Shown: positions 44,397-55,000 of the stretch, piece after piece
Layout: each line of letters opens with the position of its first letter
Position numbering within the stretch: position 1 is the first letter of the stretch
DNA from: Naegleria gruberi
Lineage: Eukaryota
Direction: 5' to 3' (one strand)
Assembly (NCBI GenBank): GCA_000004985.1
Contig: GG738863.1
Length of the DNA stretch: 64,000 nt
Translations under genes and position numbers: made by a program
Notes under the pieces: generated by a model
Databases searched by the model: none
Told to the model about the DNA's origin: nothing
Seen by the model: only the letters and a program-made list of their open reading frames with translations

Positions 44397-45904
44397 ATGA
44401 GTCTCGTTAAGAAGAAGCAAGAAAAGAATCAAGACACTATTCGTAAACTCTCCCTTGCTGGAGACAACAAGGAATGTATGGATTGTGTTCTCAAGAGTAC
44501 TCCATACGTTGTTTTGGATTTTGGTATCTTTGTTTGTACTTTCTGTTCAGGTATACAGTAAGTATTATTATTGTTATTGTTGTGGTGGATTGATTGTATT
44601 TTACTTTGTATTAATTAATCAAATAATTGAATTATTTTGATAATATTATTTAAATTATAATCGGTTAAATATCTAGTCGTGGTTTTAACTACAAGGCTAA
44701 GGGTATTTCAATGACTAACTTTGAAGATAAAGATGTTGAATTCTTTGAAACACACGGAAACAAAGTTGCTTCATCAATATGGAGAGCTAAGTGGGATCAA
44801 AACAAGGTTCCAAAGCCAAAATCAACTGATGAAAAGGGAATTAAGGACTTTATTCAAAAGACCTATGTTCAAAAGATGTGGTATGATGCTAGCGGAGCTG
44901 CAGCTAAACAAGAAGATATTCCAGTTAGACCAATTGAAAGTATTGGAATTACTCCATCTAAAGTAGAAGTTAGACCTGCTGGTAAGACAACTCAGCCACA
45001 ACCTCAACAAGAAGAACTGTTCTCTTTTGAATCTGTTCCAGTTTCCAAGCCACAACCAACTCAATCACAACCACAATCTGCCGGATTGGATTTCGATTTT
45101 GGTTTTACTAACACTCAACCAACAACTCAACCAACTCAAAAAGTTTCTCAAAAACATCAATCATCTGGGTTCGGTGATGATGATAACTGGGGATTCGATA
45201 ATCAACCTCAACAAACAACTCACACACAACCACAACAAAAAGCTTCAATTAATGTTGATGATTTATTTGCAGGATTTGGATCGCAACCAACCCAACAATC
45301 TCAAGGTGGATGGGGTAATCAACAATCTCAAGGCGGATGGGGACAACAATCCCAAGGAGGTGGTTTTGGAGGTCAACAATCCCAAGGAGGATGGGGACAA
45401 CAACCACAAAATCAAGGTGGATTTGGAGGTCAACATCAAGGTTGGGGACAATCTCACCAAGGAGGTTTCGGTGGTCAACAAGGCGGATTTGGAGGCCAAC
45501 AATCTCAAGGCGGATTTGGACAACAATCCCAAGGTGGTTTTGGAGGTCAACAATCTCAAGGTGGATTCGGTCAACAAGGAGGTTTTGGACAACAAACTCA
45601 AGGATGGGGCCAACAAGGTGGTCAACAAGGAGGATGGGGTCAACCACAATCACACCAACAACCTCAACAAAATCAAGGATGGGGTCAACAACAAACCCAA
45701 GGTGGATTTGGAGGTCAACCACAAGGTGGTCAACAAGGAGGATGGGGTCAACCACAACCAGCCAGAAACTTACAAACTTCACCACCTCCAGTTAAAGATC
45801 CTTTCAGTAATTTGACTGGAGCTTTTGGTTCATCAACTACTACTTCCAAGCCACCATCTAATCAAGGAGGTTTTGGTGCAGGCAACAATCCTTTCGATTT
45901 TTAA
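44397..45904 (+). CDS. ArfGAP-domain protein with a long GW/FG-repeat, Q/G-rich tail (AGFG-like). 2 exons (44397-44557, 44677-45904).
   Basis: Exon 1 ends ...CMDCVLKSTPYVVLDFGIFVCTFCSGI + CA|GTAAGT. A 119-nt intron ends atctag|. CA+T gives His, so the join reads CSGIHRGFNYKAKGIS..., which is the canonical C-x2-C-x16-C-x2-C ArfGAP zinc finger with CSGIHR. The tail has about 25 QSQGGWG / QGGFGGQ repeats. Confidence 0.75.
45280..45780 (+). repeat. Degenerate tandem repeat (period about 24-30 nt) encoding QSQGGWGQQ / QGGFGGQQ units within the ArfGAP tail
   Basis: Visible directly, for example caacaatcccaaggaggatggggacaa recurring with variants. It generates overlapping ORFs in all six frames, which are artefacts. 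Confidence 0.8.
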
Positions 45905-45963
45905 ATAAATAATGTAATTTATCAGTTAATCATGTCCTGTCATCCATCACCAATTAAAAAAAA

Positions 45964-47403
45964 ATGTTAAAAAACATATTTCTGAAAATTTATGCTCAAA
46001 AGGTTGAACAACCGAAACAAAATCAATTATTAAAATTAGTTAATAACCCCAAGACTAAAGATGAATTAAATAGTGCCTGCACTGCCATGTATACAATCAT
46101 GACCTCGGAACAAGGATATACAGCCTTCTTTGAATTTATTCAAAATTATATCAAGAATACAATTTCTCTAAATTCACCTCGTTCTCCAACATCATCCGAT
46201 ACTGATTCCAATTCCAATTCTAATAGTGGAAGAGTTTCACATAGAACGGCAACTTCTGCATTTCCAATCGTTAGAAAGAGATTTCAACAATTGTCCATCT
46301 CTGAATACACATTTATGGCCATGATGAATGATTTGAAACCTAATAGCAATCCTTTTAAATTTAATAATAATAATAATAGCAGCAATAGCAGTAACAATAC
46401 CTTTAATAATAATGGCAATGGTAATGGAAATGGTTTATCTAATAATAATTCATTGACAGTTTCTAATTCTCCTAATGATCATGGAGGAAATGGTAGAATT
46501 CCTTCAACTTCAACTGTCGATTCAGAATTTATTGAAAATGATGATGATTATTATCAAATATCATTTGATGAATATCAATTATTAGATTTATTCGATATTT
46601 TAGATGTTAAAGGAAAGGGAACTATTTCAATAGAAAGTGTTTACATGTTTTTATGCTTGTTTGTTTGTAGGGAAGGAAAATTGCTTACAAAATTCCTGTA
46701 CCAATTTGGAGAATTTGTCTATGATACTTTCTGCTCAATTGTAACTGTAAATGAAATGGAAACTAATCCATACTTGTCATCAACTCCTGGTAGATCAAGA
46801 AGTGGCTCACTTTCAATGTGGAGTAGTAATAGTCCAAATAATGTTCAAACCAAAAACTCAACTGGTGTTACTAATATTGTAAATAATATTTCTCAGAAAT
46901 TTCATCAGTCAATCACTCCAGTTTCCTCACGTTCTACTAATTCAAGTCCTCAACATGTTGCTCAAGCTCCTCCATTAGTGGTTGAAAAGAGTTCAGAAGA
47001 GATTGATCAAGCTCAAGATGTTCAAGAAGAATCGAGTGATGAATTGGATTATTATGAGTCGTTTGATGAGTGGACTCAACACGAAGATATTGATTTGGAT
47101 TATTATTCAAAGAAGAGATCTGACTTTTTGAAATTGGCAATGCTTATTGGTTTTGATGACATGACAATTGTCAATCATGTTAATGAGCTTCAAAATTTGA
47201 TTTTAAAGAATAGAGCACAAAAAACCAAGCAACAAAACATTACACTCAAGAGAGAAGATTTCATGTTTATTTACTATTCAGTTTTCAAGGAGTTTGATAA
47301 TCCTAATACAAGAAGTTCAAGTTCTAGTGCTTCCTCAGGAGGAGTTATCAAAAGAAAGAAGAGAAAAAACAAAGCTCTACAACAATCTTCAGAGAGAAGA
47401 TAA
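45964..47403 (+). CDS. Hypothetical N/S-rich protein (479 aa) with a possible EF-hand-like segment
   Basis: Clean ORF with aaaaaaaaATG. There are long poly-N/S tracts. DLFDILDVKGKGTISIESVYMFL is EF-hand-like. No other domain is recognised. Confidence 0.45.
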   Translation: MLKNIFLKIYAQKVEQPKQNQLLKLVNNPKTKDELNSACTAMYTIMTSEQGYTAFFEFIQNYIKNTISLNSPRSPTSSDTDSNSNSNSGRVSHRTATSAFPIVRKRFQQLSISEYTFMAMMNDLKPNSNPFKFNNNNNSSNSSNNTFNNNGNGNGNGLSNNNSLTVSNSPNDHGGNGRIPSTSTVDSEFIENDDDYYQISFDEYQLLDLFDILDVKGKGTISIESVYMFLCLFVCREGKLLTKFLYQFGEFVYDTFCSIVTVNEMETNPYLSSTPGRSRSGSLSMWSSNSPNNVQTKNSTGVTNIVNNISQKFHQSITPVSSRSTNSSPQHVAQAPPLVVEKSSEEIDQAQDVQEESSDELDYYESFDEWTQHEDIDLDYYSKKRSDFLKLAMLIGFDDMTIVNHVNELQNLILKNRAQKTKQQNITLKREDFMFIYYSVFKEFDNPNTRSSSSSASSGGVIKRKKRKNKALQQSSERR

Positions 47404-47404
47404 T

Positions 47405-48427
47405 TTACAATTTTGTCAATGTATTCACAAAAGTATATCTGGAAAAGAGAACAAACAATTTTCTAAACCAAACAAATTGACTTTCGTGGGAGCTCATTGC
47501 TTTCCATGCAATAAATGGGTTTGGAGTAAAAATTGTAACATTTTCGTCACTGTTAAAGTGTAAACTAATAGCAAATTCAATAATTCCCAAATATTTGCGA
47601 AGTAAATTAACTGATTCCAATGTAAATATATCAATTGAGGTTTGTTCTCTTTTACATCTATCTGAAAAGTATGAAACTCCTCTGAATACGTCAATATGAT
47701 TTGGATGGCTTGAAATTCCATCCTTGTCAAATGTTAACAAAGTTGTAATTCCATTCTGTTCTACAAATTTGGCAACAAAATTAGAAATCAATTCATCGCT
47801 CCACTTATTATTCATTCCATCCAATAATTGATCATTGTCAACTATCACTAAAGAACCACTCAAATCATCTTGTAATTCCTTAACAACTTTTGCATTATTA
47901 CAATTCAATCCCATTGAAGAACAACTCAATTCCAATTCCTTAACTCTCTTTTCTCCCAATCCATCAAAATTTCCATTCGACAAGCACAAAATGCTCACAG
48001 ATACTTGTTGCTCAACCAATGAAAGTAACATTGGAGAAAAGAACATGGCTTCATCATCTGGATGTGCAATCACCAAAGCCACTTTCTTTCTATTATTTGA
48101 AGTTTCATTTGTTTGTTGTTGAGTTTGATTCAGAAATTTGGAAAGAATTGTTTCCTTTGAATATTTCCTCTTCATTAAATATAAAATGTAAATGAATATT
48201 CCAACATTGAACACAACTAGAAGAGCCTTTACCAAAGCAAGAATATTATTCAAATCCGAGTATTCAAATAGACTATCATTTTGACGGTAATATTGTTGTT
48301 CTTTTGAAACTTTTTTAAATTGTTTATATAAATCTTGTACTTGTCTATTTACACGTTGTGATGATTCATCACGAACAACATTGAATCGACTATCAACTAC
48401 ACCTTGCTGCTGCTGATTATTATTCAT
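47405..48427 (-). CDS. PIGL: N-acetylglucosaminyl-phosphatidylinositol de-N-acetylase (PIG-L family, GPI-anchor biosynthesis), with N-terminal TM anchor
   Basis: VALVIAHPDDEAMFFSPMLLSL is the PIG-L/LmbE signature (HPDDE). Downstream FDKDGISSHPNHIDV is the second conserved His region. The N-terminal hydrophobic segment fits an ER membrane anchor. Confidence 0.75.
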   Translation of the reverse strand: MNNNQQQQGVVDSRFNVVRDESSQRVNRQVQDLYKQFKKVSKEQQYYRQNDSLFEYSDLNNILALVKALLVVFNVGIFIYILYLMKRKYSKETILSKFLNQTQQQTNETSNNRKKVALVIAHPDDEAMFFSPMLLSLVEQQVSVSILCLSNGNFDGLGEKRVKELELSCSSMGLNCNNAKVVKELQDDLSGSLVIVDNDQLLDGMNNKWSDELISNFVAKFVEQNGITTLLTFDKDGISSHPNHIDVFRGVSYFSDRCKREQTSIDIFTLESVNLLRKYLGIIEFAISLHFNSDENVTIFTPNPFIAWKAMSSHESQFVWFRKLFVLFSRYTFVNTLTKL

Positions 48428-48514
48428 CTTTAATAAATTAAATAAATTATTAATAATATATTGAGAGTTTCAATTTGATTCCCTCGCTTTTAAAAACTGT
48501 GATTGGGAATTTGC

Positions 48515-48925
48515 TTATTTTTTCTCTTCGTTTGTTGTTGTAGGTTCATTGGTGGTAGTTGTTGTTGTAGATGTGGAAGAAGCATTGTTTTGGTCATTCT
48601 CTTGATTTCCTGTCAAGGCAGAGGAGACTTGATTGTAAGTATCACCAACGAGTGAAGTTACATTACTAGAAAACCATGAATAGGCACTAGTTAAAGTAGT
48701 AGCAGTGGTTTGGGCAGTTTCTTGGAGTTTTTGTTTGGCTTCTTCCGATGTAATGTAGTGATAGACTTCTTCAGTCTTTTCAGCAGCAACACTGTAGGCA
48801 TCTTTTACACCTGTAAGTACAACTGTAGATCCTTCAATGGTCTTATTCTTGACAATATTAACAATTTCTTCGACCTTTTCGAGATTTAAATCTTGATTGT
48901 TATTCTTATCGTCGTTGTTGCTCAT
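48515..48925 (-). CDS. Small hydrophilic T/N/S-rich protein (136 aa), unknown function
   Basis: ORF with ATG in A-rich context. Low complexity. No domain is recognised. Confidence 0.35.
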   Translation of the reverse strand: MSNNDDKNNNQDLNLEKVEEIVNIVKNKTIEGSTVVLTGVKDAYSVAAEKTEEVYHYITSEEAKQKLQETAQTTATTLTSAYSWFSSNVTSLVGDTYNQVSSALTGNQENDQNNASSTSTTTTTTNEPTTTNEEKK

Positions 48926-49105
48926 TTTATTTGATTGGAAGAATTAATTGTAACGAAAGATGAAATTAGAATGTTGGGATGGACTCAATTGAGATTGTTA
49001 AGTAGATGACGATTAGTGATGATTGAACACCTAATTTCAAGTTTTAAATAAATTGAAAATTACTAATTTTAGTGTTAGAAGTAACCTATGAAATGAGATT
49101 CAATT

Positions 49106-50044
49106 TTATCGAAATACTTGAATTCTCTTATTGTGCGTATCTGCAACAAATAATTCTCCTCTCGATTCACTAATACATAGGCCAGTAGGGAATTTAAAGT
49201 GACTCTTTCCAGTCGATCCAATCTCTCCAAATGATTGAATAAAAGAACCAAAGTTATCAAATACGTGAATTCTTGAATTTGATTGATCACAAATATAAAT
49301 GTATCCACTTAATTTCTCAACAAAAACTCCTCTTGGATATTGGAACTCGTGTAAACCCACACCTTTCTTTCCAAACGAAAAGTAAATTTGTTTTTTCTCC
49401 AAAACTTTTGAAATTACTGAAATGGTATGAGTTGCAAGACTTGTTACAATCAAATCTCCATCTGTATTGATTTCCAATCCAAATGGAAATTTACAAGCCC
49501 CAAATGATGAAATCAATTTACCATCTTGTTTTGATAGGCACTTAATCTCATTATTCGAACAATCGGATACATATAACCTTCCATCAATTGAATTATCTGC
49601 AACAATTCCACTTGGATGCCTCAAATTCTGAGATGTTTCCCATATGATTTTTTTCTGTTCAATGTCATATTTTCCAACTTGATTATTCATATTTGAAAAG
49701 TAAATGTATTTCTGATCAGAGGAGTCAATCGAAATCATTAATGGAGAGGTAATTCCAGTAAATGATTGTATAAACTTTTTGGTTTTCAAATCAAATACCA
49801 TTATTCTATTACTTCCAGAATCTGAAACAAAAATCAATGAAAGCATATCTGAAACCTTTACATCAGAAGGCTGTATAAATTCAATATTTTCTCTTCCCTC
49901 TCCAATAATATTAATGCATCGGAATGATAGACTGAATTTCATTCTAGAGTATAGAAGTTTTCCTCTCAAGAATTCTAATCCTTTACGAAATCGGTGATCT
50001 TGTAAATCAAGGCTCGTTCCATTATCCAATATCAGTTTGACCAT
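49106..50044 (-). CDS. NHL-repeat (six-bladed beta-propeller) protein, 312 aa
   Basis: There are repeated NHL-type units, for example RIMVFDLKTKKFIQSFTG, RIHVFDNFGSFIQSFGEIG and GELFVADTHNKRIQVFR. ATG is verified. Confidence 0.6.
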   Translation of the reverse strand: MVKLILDNGTSLDLQDHRFRKGLEFLRGKLLYSRMKFSLSFRCINIIGEGRENIEFIQPSDVKVSDMLSLIFVSDSGSNRIMVFDLKTKKFIQSFTGITSPLMISIDSSDQKYIYFSNMNNQVGKYDIEQKKIIWETSQNLRHPSGIVADNSIDGRLYVSDCSNNEIKCLSKQDGKLISSFGACKFPFGLEINTDGDLIVTSLATHTISVISKVLEKKQIYFSFGKKGVGLHEFQYPRGVFVEKLSGYIYICDQSNSRIHVFDNFGSFIQSFGEIGSTGKSHFKFPTGLCISESRGELFVADTHNKRIQVFR

Positions 50045-50271
50045 TTGAAATTAATTGTGTGTCTATGAGATGTTCTTCTATTTTTTAATCGTTTTGCTTC
50101 TTTCATCTTCTCTCATGTTTTTTAAAAAATGAAATATTGTATTTAATAAATTAAATAGTATTAGTGTTATTATTTGATCATTGATGATGACCAATAATAA
50201 TACTTTGGCAATAAAACTAATTAGTAGAATAATAATACTAGTAATAATAAATATTAAAGCTAAGAAAAAAA

Positions 50272-50543
50272 ATGACTCAATTTTTCGATAGAAAGAAACT
50301 CATCCGTCCAGGAAGATTTGATTTGGATACTTTTAAATCAAAGATTGGTCTTGCCATTTCAGTTTTCGGATTGTTATACGGAGCCAATATGGCCTTTGGT
50401 GGTTTCCTTAAACCAACCTATGAAAAGTGGGCTAAACCATCAACAGAAAAATATATTAATTGTACGTAATAATAATAATAATAATTTATTAATCATCATC
50501 ATCGCAAATAGTCATGAAGGACGAAGTTTCAGGAAAGCACTAA
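50272..50543 (+). CDS. Small single-TM protein of about 74 aa. Probably 2 exons (50272-50461, 50512-50543).
   Basis: Exon 1 (MTQFFDRKKLIRPGRFDLDTFKSKIGLAISVFGLLYGANMAFGGFLKPTYEKWAKPSTEKYIN) ends T|GTACGT. The intron ends aaatag|. Exon 2 adds FMKDEVSGKH. It might be a small mitochondrial membrane subunit, but the family is not recognised. Confidence 0.3.
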
Positions 50544-50746
50544 ATTCAACAATCTAAACAAAATTAATTTATATAAAATTGGAATTTTTCTTTAACGTTC
50601 TACCACTATAGTATTAACACCATCAAAATATTCAATTAAACACAACAATATCGGAATAATAGAAAAGTTTCTAATTCCTCTCCTCTTTGGTTATTATTGT
50701 TATTCCATCTTTTAAACAATAACCAAATATATAAATATATTAAAAA

Positions 50747-52102
50747 ATGAATCAGAAGACACTCTACAAGACAATTGGTATTTCTCTGCTTGTGTTTCAG
50801 GTAGTGATGGTTGTTTACATGTTATTTAATAGGAAGAGGTCATCGTTTGCTACCTCTCATAAATTGTTTGTTCCACACTACTTTAACGAAACTTTGAGTT
50901 ATGCTGATAAAGGTTTGGCTCCACCAAAGGAAGCCTTTGAAAAGATGTTGTATCTTTATCAACAATATCATCAATCTGTGTTGGATTCGTATGTCTTTTC
51001 GGGAAGGAATTGTTTTTCGAATGGAGTCATTCAAGGACATGAAAAATCACCACAATTTGTTGTATTCAAGGCTCATATGTATAGTGGATATGGTAATATT
51101 ATTATGGGACTCTTTTCGACTTTGTTATATGCCTTGTTGAGTAATAGAGTTTTCTTGGTAAATTGGAATGGAGGAGAAGTTGGTTGTCATGCTTCTCTTT
51201 CTCAATTATTGAAGGATCCTGTTCTTAAATCTCATTCTTTAATGTGGAATTATGCTGATGTTAAAAGTAAATCTATTGAAAATGGTTGTCCAAGAGAAAG
51301 ATGGGAGTCAATTGAGAGAAATTGGCTTCATATGGAAAGTACTGTTTATCATGACAGATCTAAATTATCGTATAGATATTTCAAATGTAGCAAAGGATTT
51401 GCTCAAATTCTTCCAACATATTTAAGCAAGGAAAATGAGAAATTCAATCAAATTAATTCTAAAGATTTTATTGAAATGGAAGCAGCTCAATACTTTGCCC
51501 CATCTTTGTATGCTGACAATGATGTGTACTATCAATTATTTTCAAAATTTGAGAAAAAGAATATGGATTGGGAATTAGTTCCTCAACTTTATAGGATTAA
51601 TATTTTCGAAAAATTAGCACCTTTCTTATTCAAACCTATTGATACCATTCAAAACAAAATTGATGAATATGAAAAGGAATTATTTGGAGAAAAATTGGCT
51701 AATCCTGATAGTACTTTTATTTTGGGAGTTCAAATCAGAAAGAATTTACAGGAAAATCTTTTCCACAATACTCCAGTGAGTATTTACTGGGACTGTGCAA
51801 AGCAAAGAATATCAGCCCTTGACACGAAAAAGTATAAGAAGGTCATTATCTTCCTTACAAGTGATTATGTTCCTGCATATGATGAAGCCAAACATGTATT
51901 TAGTGAAATGAAAATTAAGGGAATTGAAATATCACTTGTTCACATGCCTCAAAACGTTCCAAAATCTAGATCTGTAGAATCTGTTCAAACTGCCTTGGTT
52001 GACTTGTATGTCATGATGAAAGCAGATGATTTAATTATGAGTGAAAAATCTACATGTAAGTTTATTGAAATATTTGACAATATTTACAAACTGGTTTGTT
52101 AA
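50747..52102 (+). CDS. Type-II membrane glycosyltransferase, probably a fucosyltransferase-like enzyme (GT11/GT23/GT37 superfamily motif I)
   Basis: N-terminal signal-anchor (LLVFQVVMVVYMLF). SGYGNIIMGLFSTLLYALLSNRVFLV resembles fucosyltransferase motif I ([26 protein letters not shown] in FUT1/2). The assignment is by motif only. Confidence 0.4.
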   Translation: MNQKTLYKTIGISLLVFQVVMVVYMLFNRKRSSFATSHKLFVPHYFNETLSYADKGLAPPKEAFEKMLYLYQQYHQSVLDSYVFSGRNCFSNGVIQGHEKSPQFVVFKAHMYSGYGNIIMGLFSTLLYALLSNRVFLVNWNGGEVGCHASLSQLLKDPVLKSHSLMWNYADVKSKSIENGCPRERWESIERNWLHMESTVYHDRSKLSYRYFKCSKGFAQILPTYLSKENEKFNQINSKDFIEMEAAQYFAPSLYADNDVYYQLFSKFEKKNMDWELVPQLYRINIFEKLAPFLFKPIDTIQNKIDEYEKELFGEKLANPDSTFILGVQIRKNLQENLFHNTPVSIYWDCAKQRISALDTKKYKKVIIFLTSDYVPAYDEAKHVFSEMKIKGIEISLVHMPQNVPKSRSVESVQTALVDLYVMMKADDLIMSEKSTCKFIEIFDNIYKLVC

Positions 52103-52300
52103 TCATTGCAAGTTGGTCATATTATTCACGCAACAGTAGGTATTGCTCCACTTTTTGTCAGAAAGGAAGGAAAATATGAAAAGATTCCAAAATGTGTTAG
52201 AGCTCAAAATAGTGAACCTTGGTAAGTTATTTTTCGATATCAATATGTATTTATTAGATAATAGGTTCCATTTAAGATTTAGAAATCAACTCGAAAATTG

Positions 52301-54816
52301 TTAATCAGATTGGATTGCTTTCAAGCTGAGATGATCTGATACACTCTTTGGACTTTCTAATGCTAAACGACTTGATCTAAGACCAAGTTTAATACATTTT
52401 TCAATTGGTTCATTACAGAAAAGTCCAAAGCAGAAACCTCCTGAAAAATTATCTCCACATCCAGTTACATTAGCTATGAAATTATCAAGTCAGATATTGT
52501 AAGCTATCAGTACTATCAAAAATTTAACATACCTTTTGGATCAGAAAGTTTTTCTCTCTTTGGAAGAGCTGCATAGTGCTTGATTACCATCTTCCCCTTT
52601 ATAAGTGTTCCGTGTTTGAGTCCTTTTGGTCCCTTTTCAAAGAATTAGAATTTTAGTTTGTGATTCATTCAACTTACCTGTGTTAAAAGTACATGTTTAA
52701 CACCAGCTTTTTCCAGTAAAACTCTAATGCATTCATCAGCACTCAGTTTAACTTTCTTTTTCAAAAAACATTCCACAATACTGAATATTTCATGCTCATT
52801 AGGTTTGATATAAGTGATACAATCAAGAATTCCTGCAACAACAGCTTGTTTTGATTTGGCAATACTCGTTGGATCTAAAAAGATGTCTGCTTTACCTTTC
52901 AATAATTTTCCAATTGCTTTAAACGCATCGACTGAGGAGTTACTATCAAGGAATACTATTGGATTTTGCTTTTCATTAAGGAGGGAAGTAAGGCACATCT
53001 CTATATGTTTGGTGGTTTTGGCATCTGTCAAAATTGCCATATCTGCGACAGCTGAAACAAGTTCACCAGTTTCATCAATCAAACAATTGTAAATTGCAGT
53101 TCTGTTGTTAATATTCTCAATGACTGTTTTTTCTGGCATTTGAATTTTAAGATCATACCTCAAGTGAGAAAGAAGAGATTTTCCAAATGTATCACCACCA
53201 ACAGATGTAACAAAGTTGAGTGGTAATTTTTCAAGATCTGTAGATTGTAAGAGTTTTGAAAGTACCTCACATACATTTCTTGCCACACCCCCAAATGACA
53301 GTGACACTGATCCAATATTTGAAGTTTTTGGAATTAGTTTAGTACCTTGTTGTGGTTGACACATAATATCCAAAACTGAACCACCAATAACCACTAATTC
53401 ACGTTTCTGGGATCCAAACGGAGATAATTTAGAAAGAATTGATTTTTTCTCAGATTGAGCATACTTTAAGTCGTCCAAGAATAAATCTTTTTCTAGAGTT
53501 TTATCCAAGAAGTTATTCTATTTATTTACAATTACTGTTATTATAGTCAAATAAATAATTAAATAAAGAAACTTACATTTAAACTTTGAATCTTGCTCAA
53601 TTCAACAGCAATTTGTGCACCAACACGAGCATTATTCAAGACTAATTCAATATTAGCTCTCAAACTATCACCTCCTGTTAATTCGTTAATACGTTGTAAA
53701 AGGAATGGTGTAACATCCTTTCCTTTAACGTTCTTTTGTTTGGCTTCAGTTAAACCTTGTTCAATGGCCTTAGTCAAGATTCCAGATTTAGCTTCCAAAT
53801 TTTCTGGAATTGGAACAGCAACCAACATTCCAGAATTTAATCCAAGTTGAAGATTTGAATTAATTAATTTGGCACATTCAAGAGGTGAATCCAATCTACA
53901 ATGAGCTTTACAACCACTCTTTGATGTAAAGAAAGCAGGGAATTCATCAGTTTGATAAGATGCTACTGTCACACCTTGAGTTTCTAAATATTCAAGAGTT
54001 CTTGGAATATCCAAAATTGATTTAACACCAGCAGAAACTACCAATGTTGGTGTTCTTCCTAATTCTGTCAAATCACTACTAACATCCATTGGATCAATTT
54101 CATTATTATTTAAAACTCTATGTACACCTCCAATACCACCTGTGACAAAGACATGAATTCCAAAACGATGAGCCAAAAGCATTGTTGCAGAAACAGTAGT
54201 AGCACCATGTTTTTGTTGACTACAAACCAAAGCAACATCTCTTCTCGAACACTTTACAACTTTCTTTTCAGATCCTAATTTTCCAAATTTATCCAATTCT
54301 TGATCATTAATTCCAACATGAATAATACCATCAATAATACAAATAGTGGCAGGTGTAGCACCATATTTTCTAATTTGATCTTCAACACGTTTAGCAGTTT
54401 CAATATTCTTTGGATAAGGCATTCCATGACTATATTCATCGTTAAATTATTATTCAATTATTATTTAATATATATTTAAATTCAATATTAATATTAATTA
54501 TTATTCATTGATCAAAAGATGATGAATTTAATTAAACTAACCTAATAATTGTAGATTCCAATGCAACAACAGCCTTGTTTTGTGCGAGGGCTTCCTTTAC
54601 TTCGGGATGAATCTTAGCCTTCACCAAATAATCATCAAATGAATTCTTCTTAGCCTTTTCAGCAGACATTGTATTCACTAAATTCGATTGATGTTGTTCA
54701 ACAACAACAGGAGAGGAATTGCTTTGGAACATGGAAGCGAATTGGCTCACTCTATTGGAAAACAAATGATCCCTGATGGAAAATAATCTTCTTTGTGTTG
54801 TATCGTTGTTTTGCAT
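52301..54816 (-). CDS. Bifunctional pseudouridine-catabolism protein: N-terminal PsuG (pseudouridine-5'-phosphate glycosidase) fused to C-terminal PsuK (PfkB-family pseudouridine kinase). At least 5 exons.
   Basis: Exon 1 (54542-54816) ...AKIHPEVKEALAQNKAVVALESTII ends AG|GTTAGT. A 112-nt intron follows. Exon 2 (53577-54429) SHGMPYPKNIETAKRVEDQIRKYGATPATI...GGIGGVHR...LVVSAGVKSILD is collinear with E. coli YeiN. A 59-nt intron follows. The kinase part NNFLDKTLEKDLFL...VVIGGSVLDIM...SFGGVARNV runs from 53517. Two more short introns lead to the PfkB C-terminal motif NVTGCGDNFSGGF and a stop at 52301. Confidence 0.75.
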
Positions 54817-55000
54817 TTTTTTATTACTTTAATATTTAAATATTAAATATATTTAAATATATTAAAGTATTAAAGAATGAACAGATGGTAAAAAGAATGG
54901 AAAATCATGTGGTGAAAATTGTCTTTGGAGATTCTTTTTGGAAATCTTCAAAACTCCTCGGAAATTCCATGAATTAGTTTCTTCCACACACTAGAAAAAA

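Noticed and set aside
45027-45815. Long alternative-frame ORFs over the GW/FG repeat (45027-45815 +, 45249-45785 -, 45263-45649 -, 45337-45795 +).
   Set aside because: They are generated by the low-complexity tandem repeat. Only the frame contiguous with the ArfGAP domain is coding.
52130-52222. Exon-like plus-strand segment IAPLFVRKEGKYEKIPKCVRAQNSEPW ending at a GTAAGT.
   Set aside because: It lies in the short convergent 3' UTR interval between the fucosyltransferase-like gene (stop 52102) and the PsuG-PsuK gene (stop 52301). No in-phase acceptor or donor links it to either gene.
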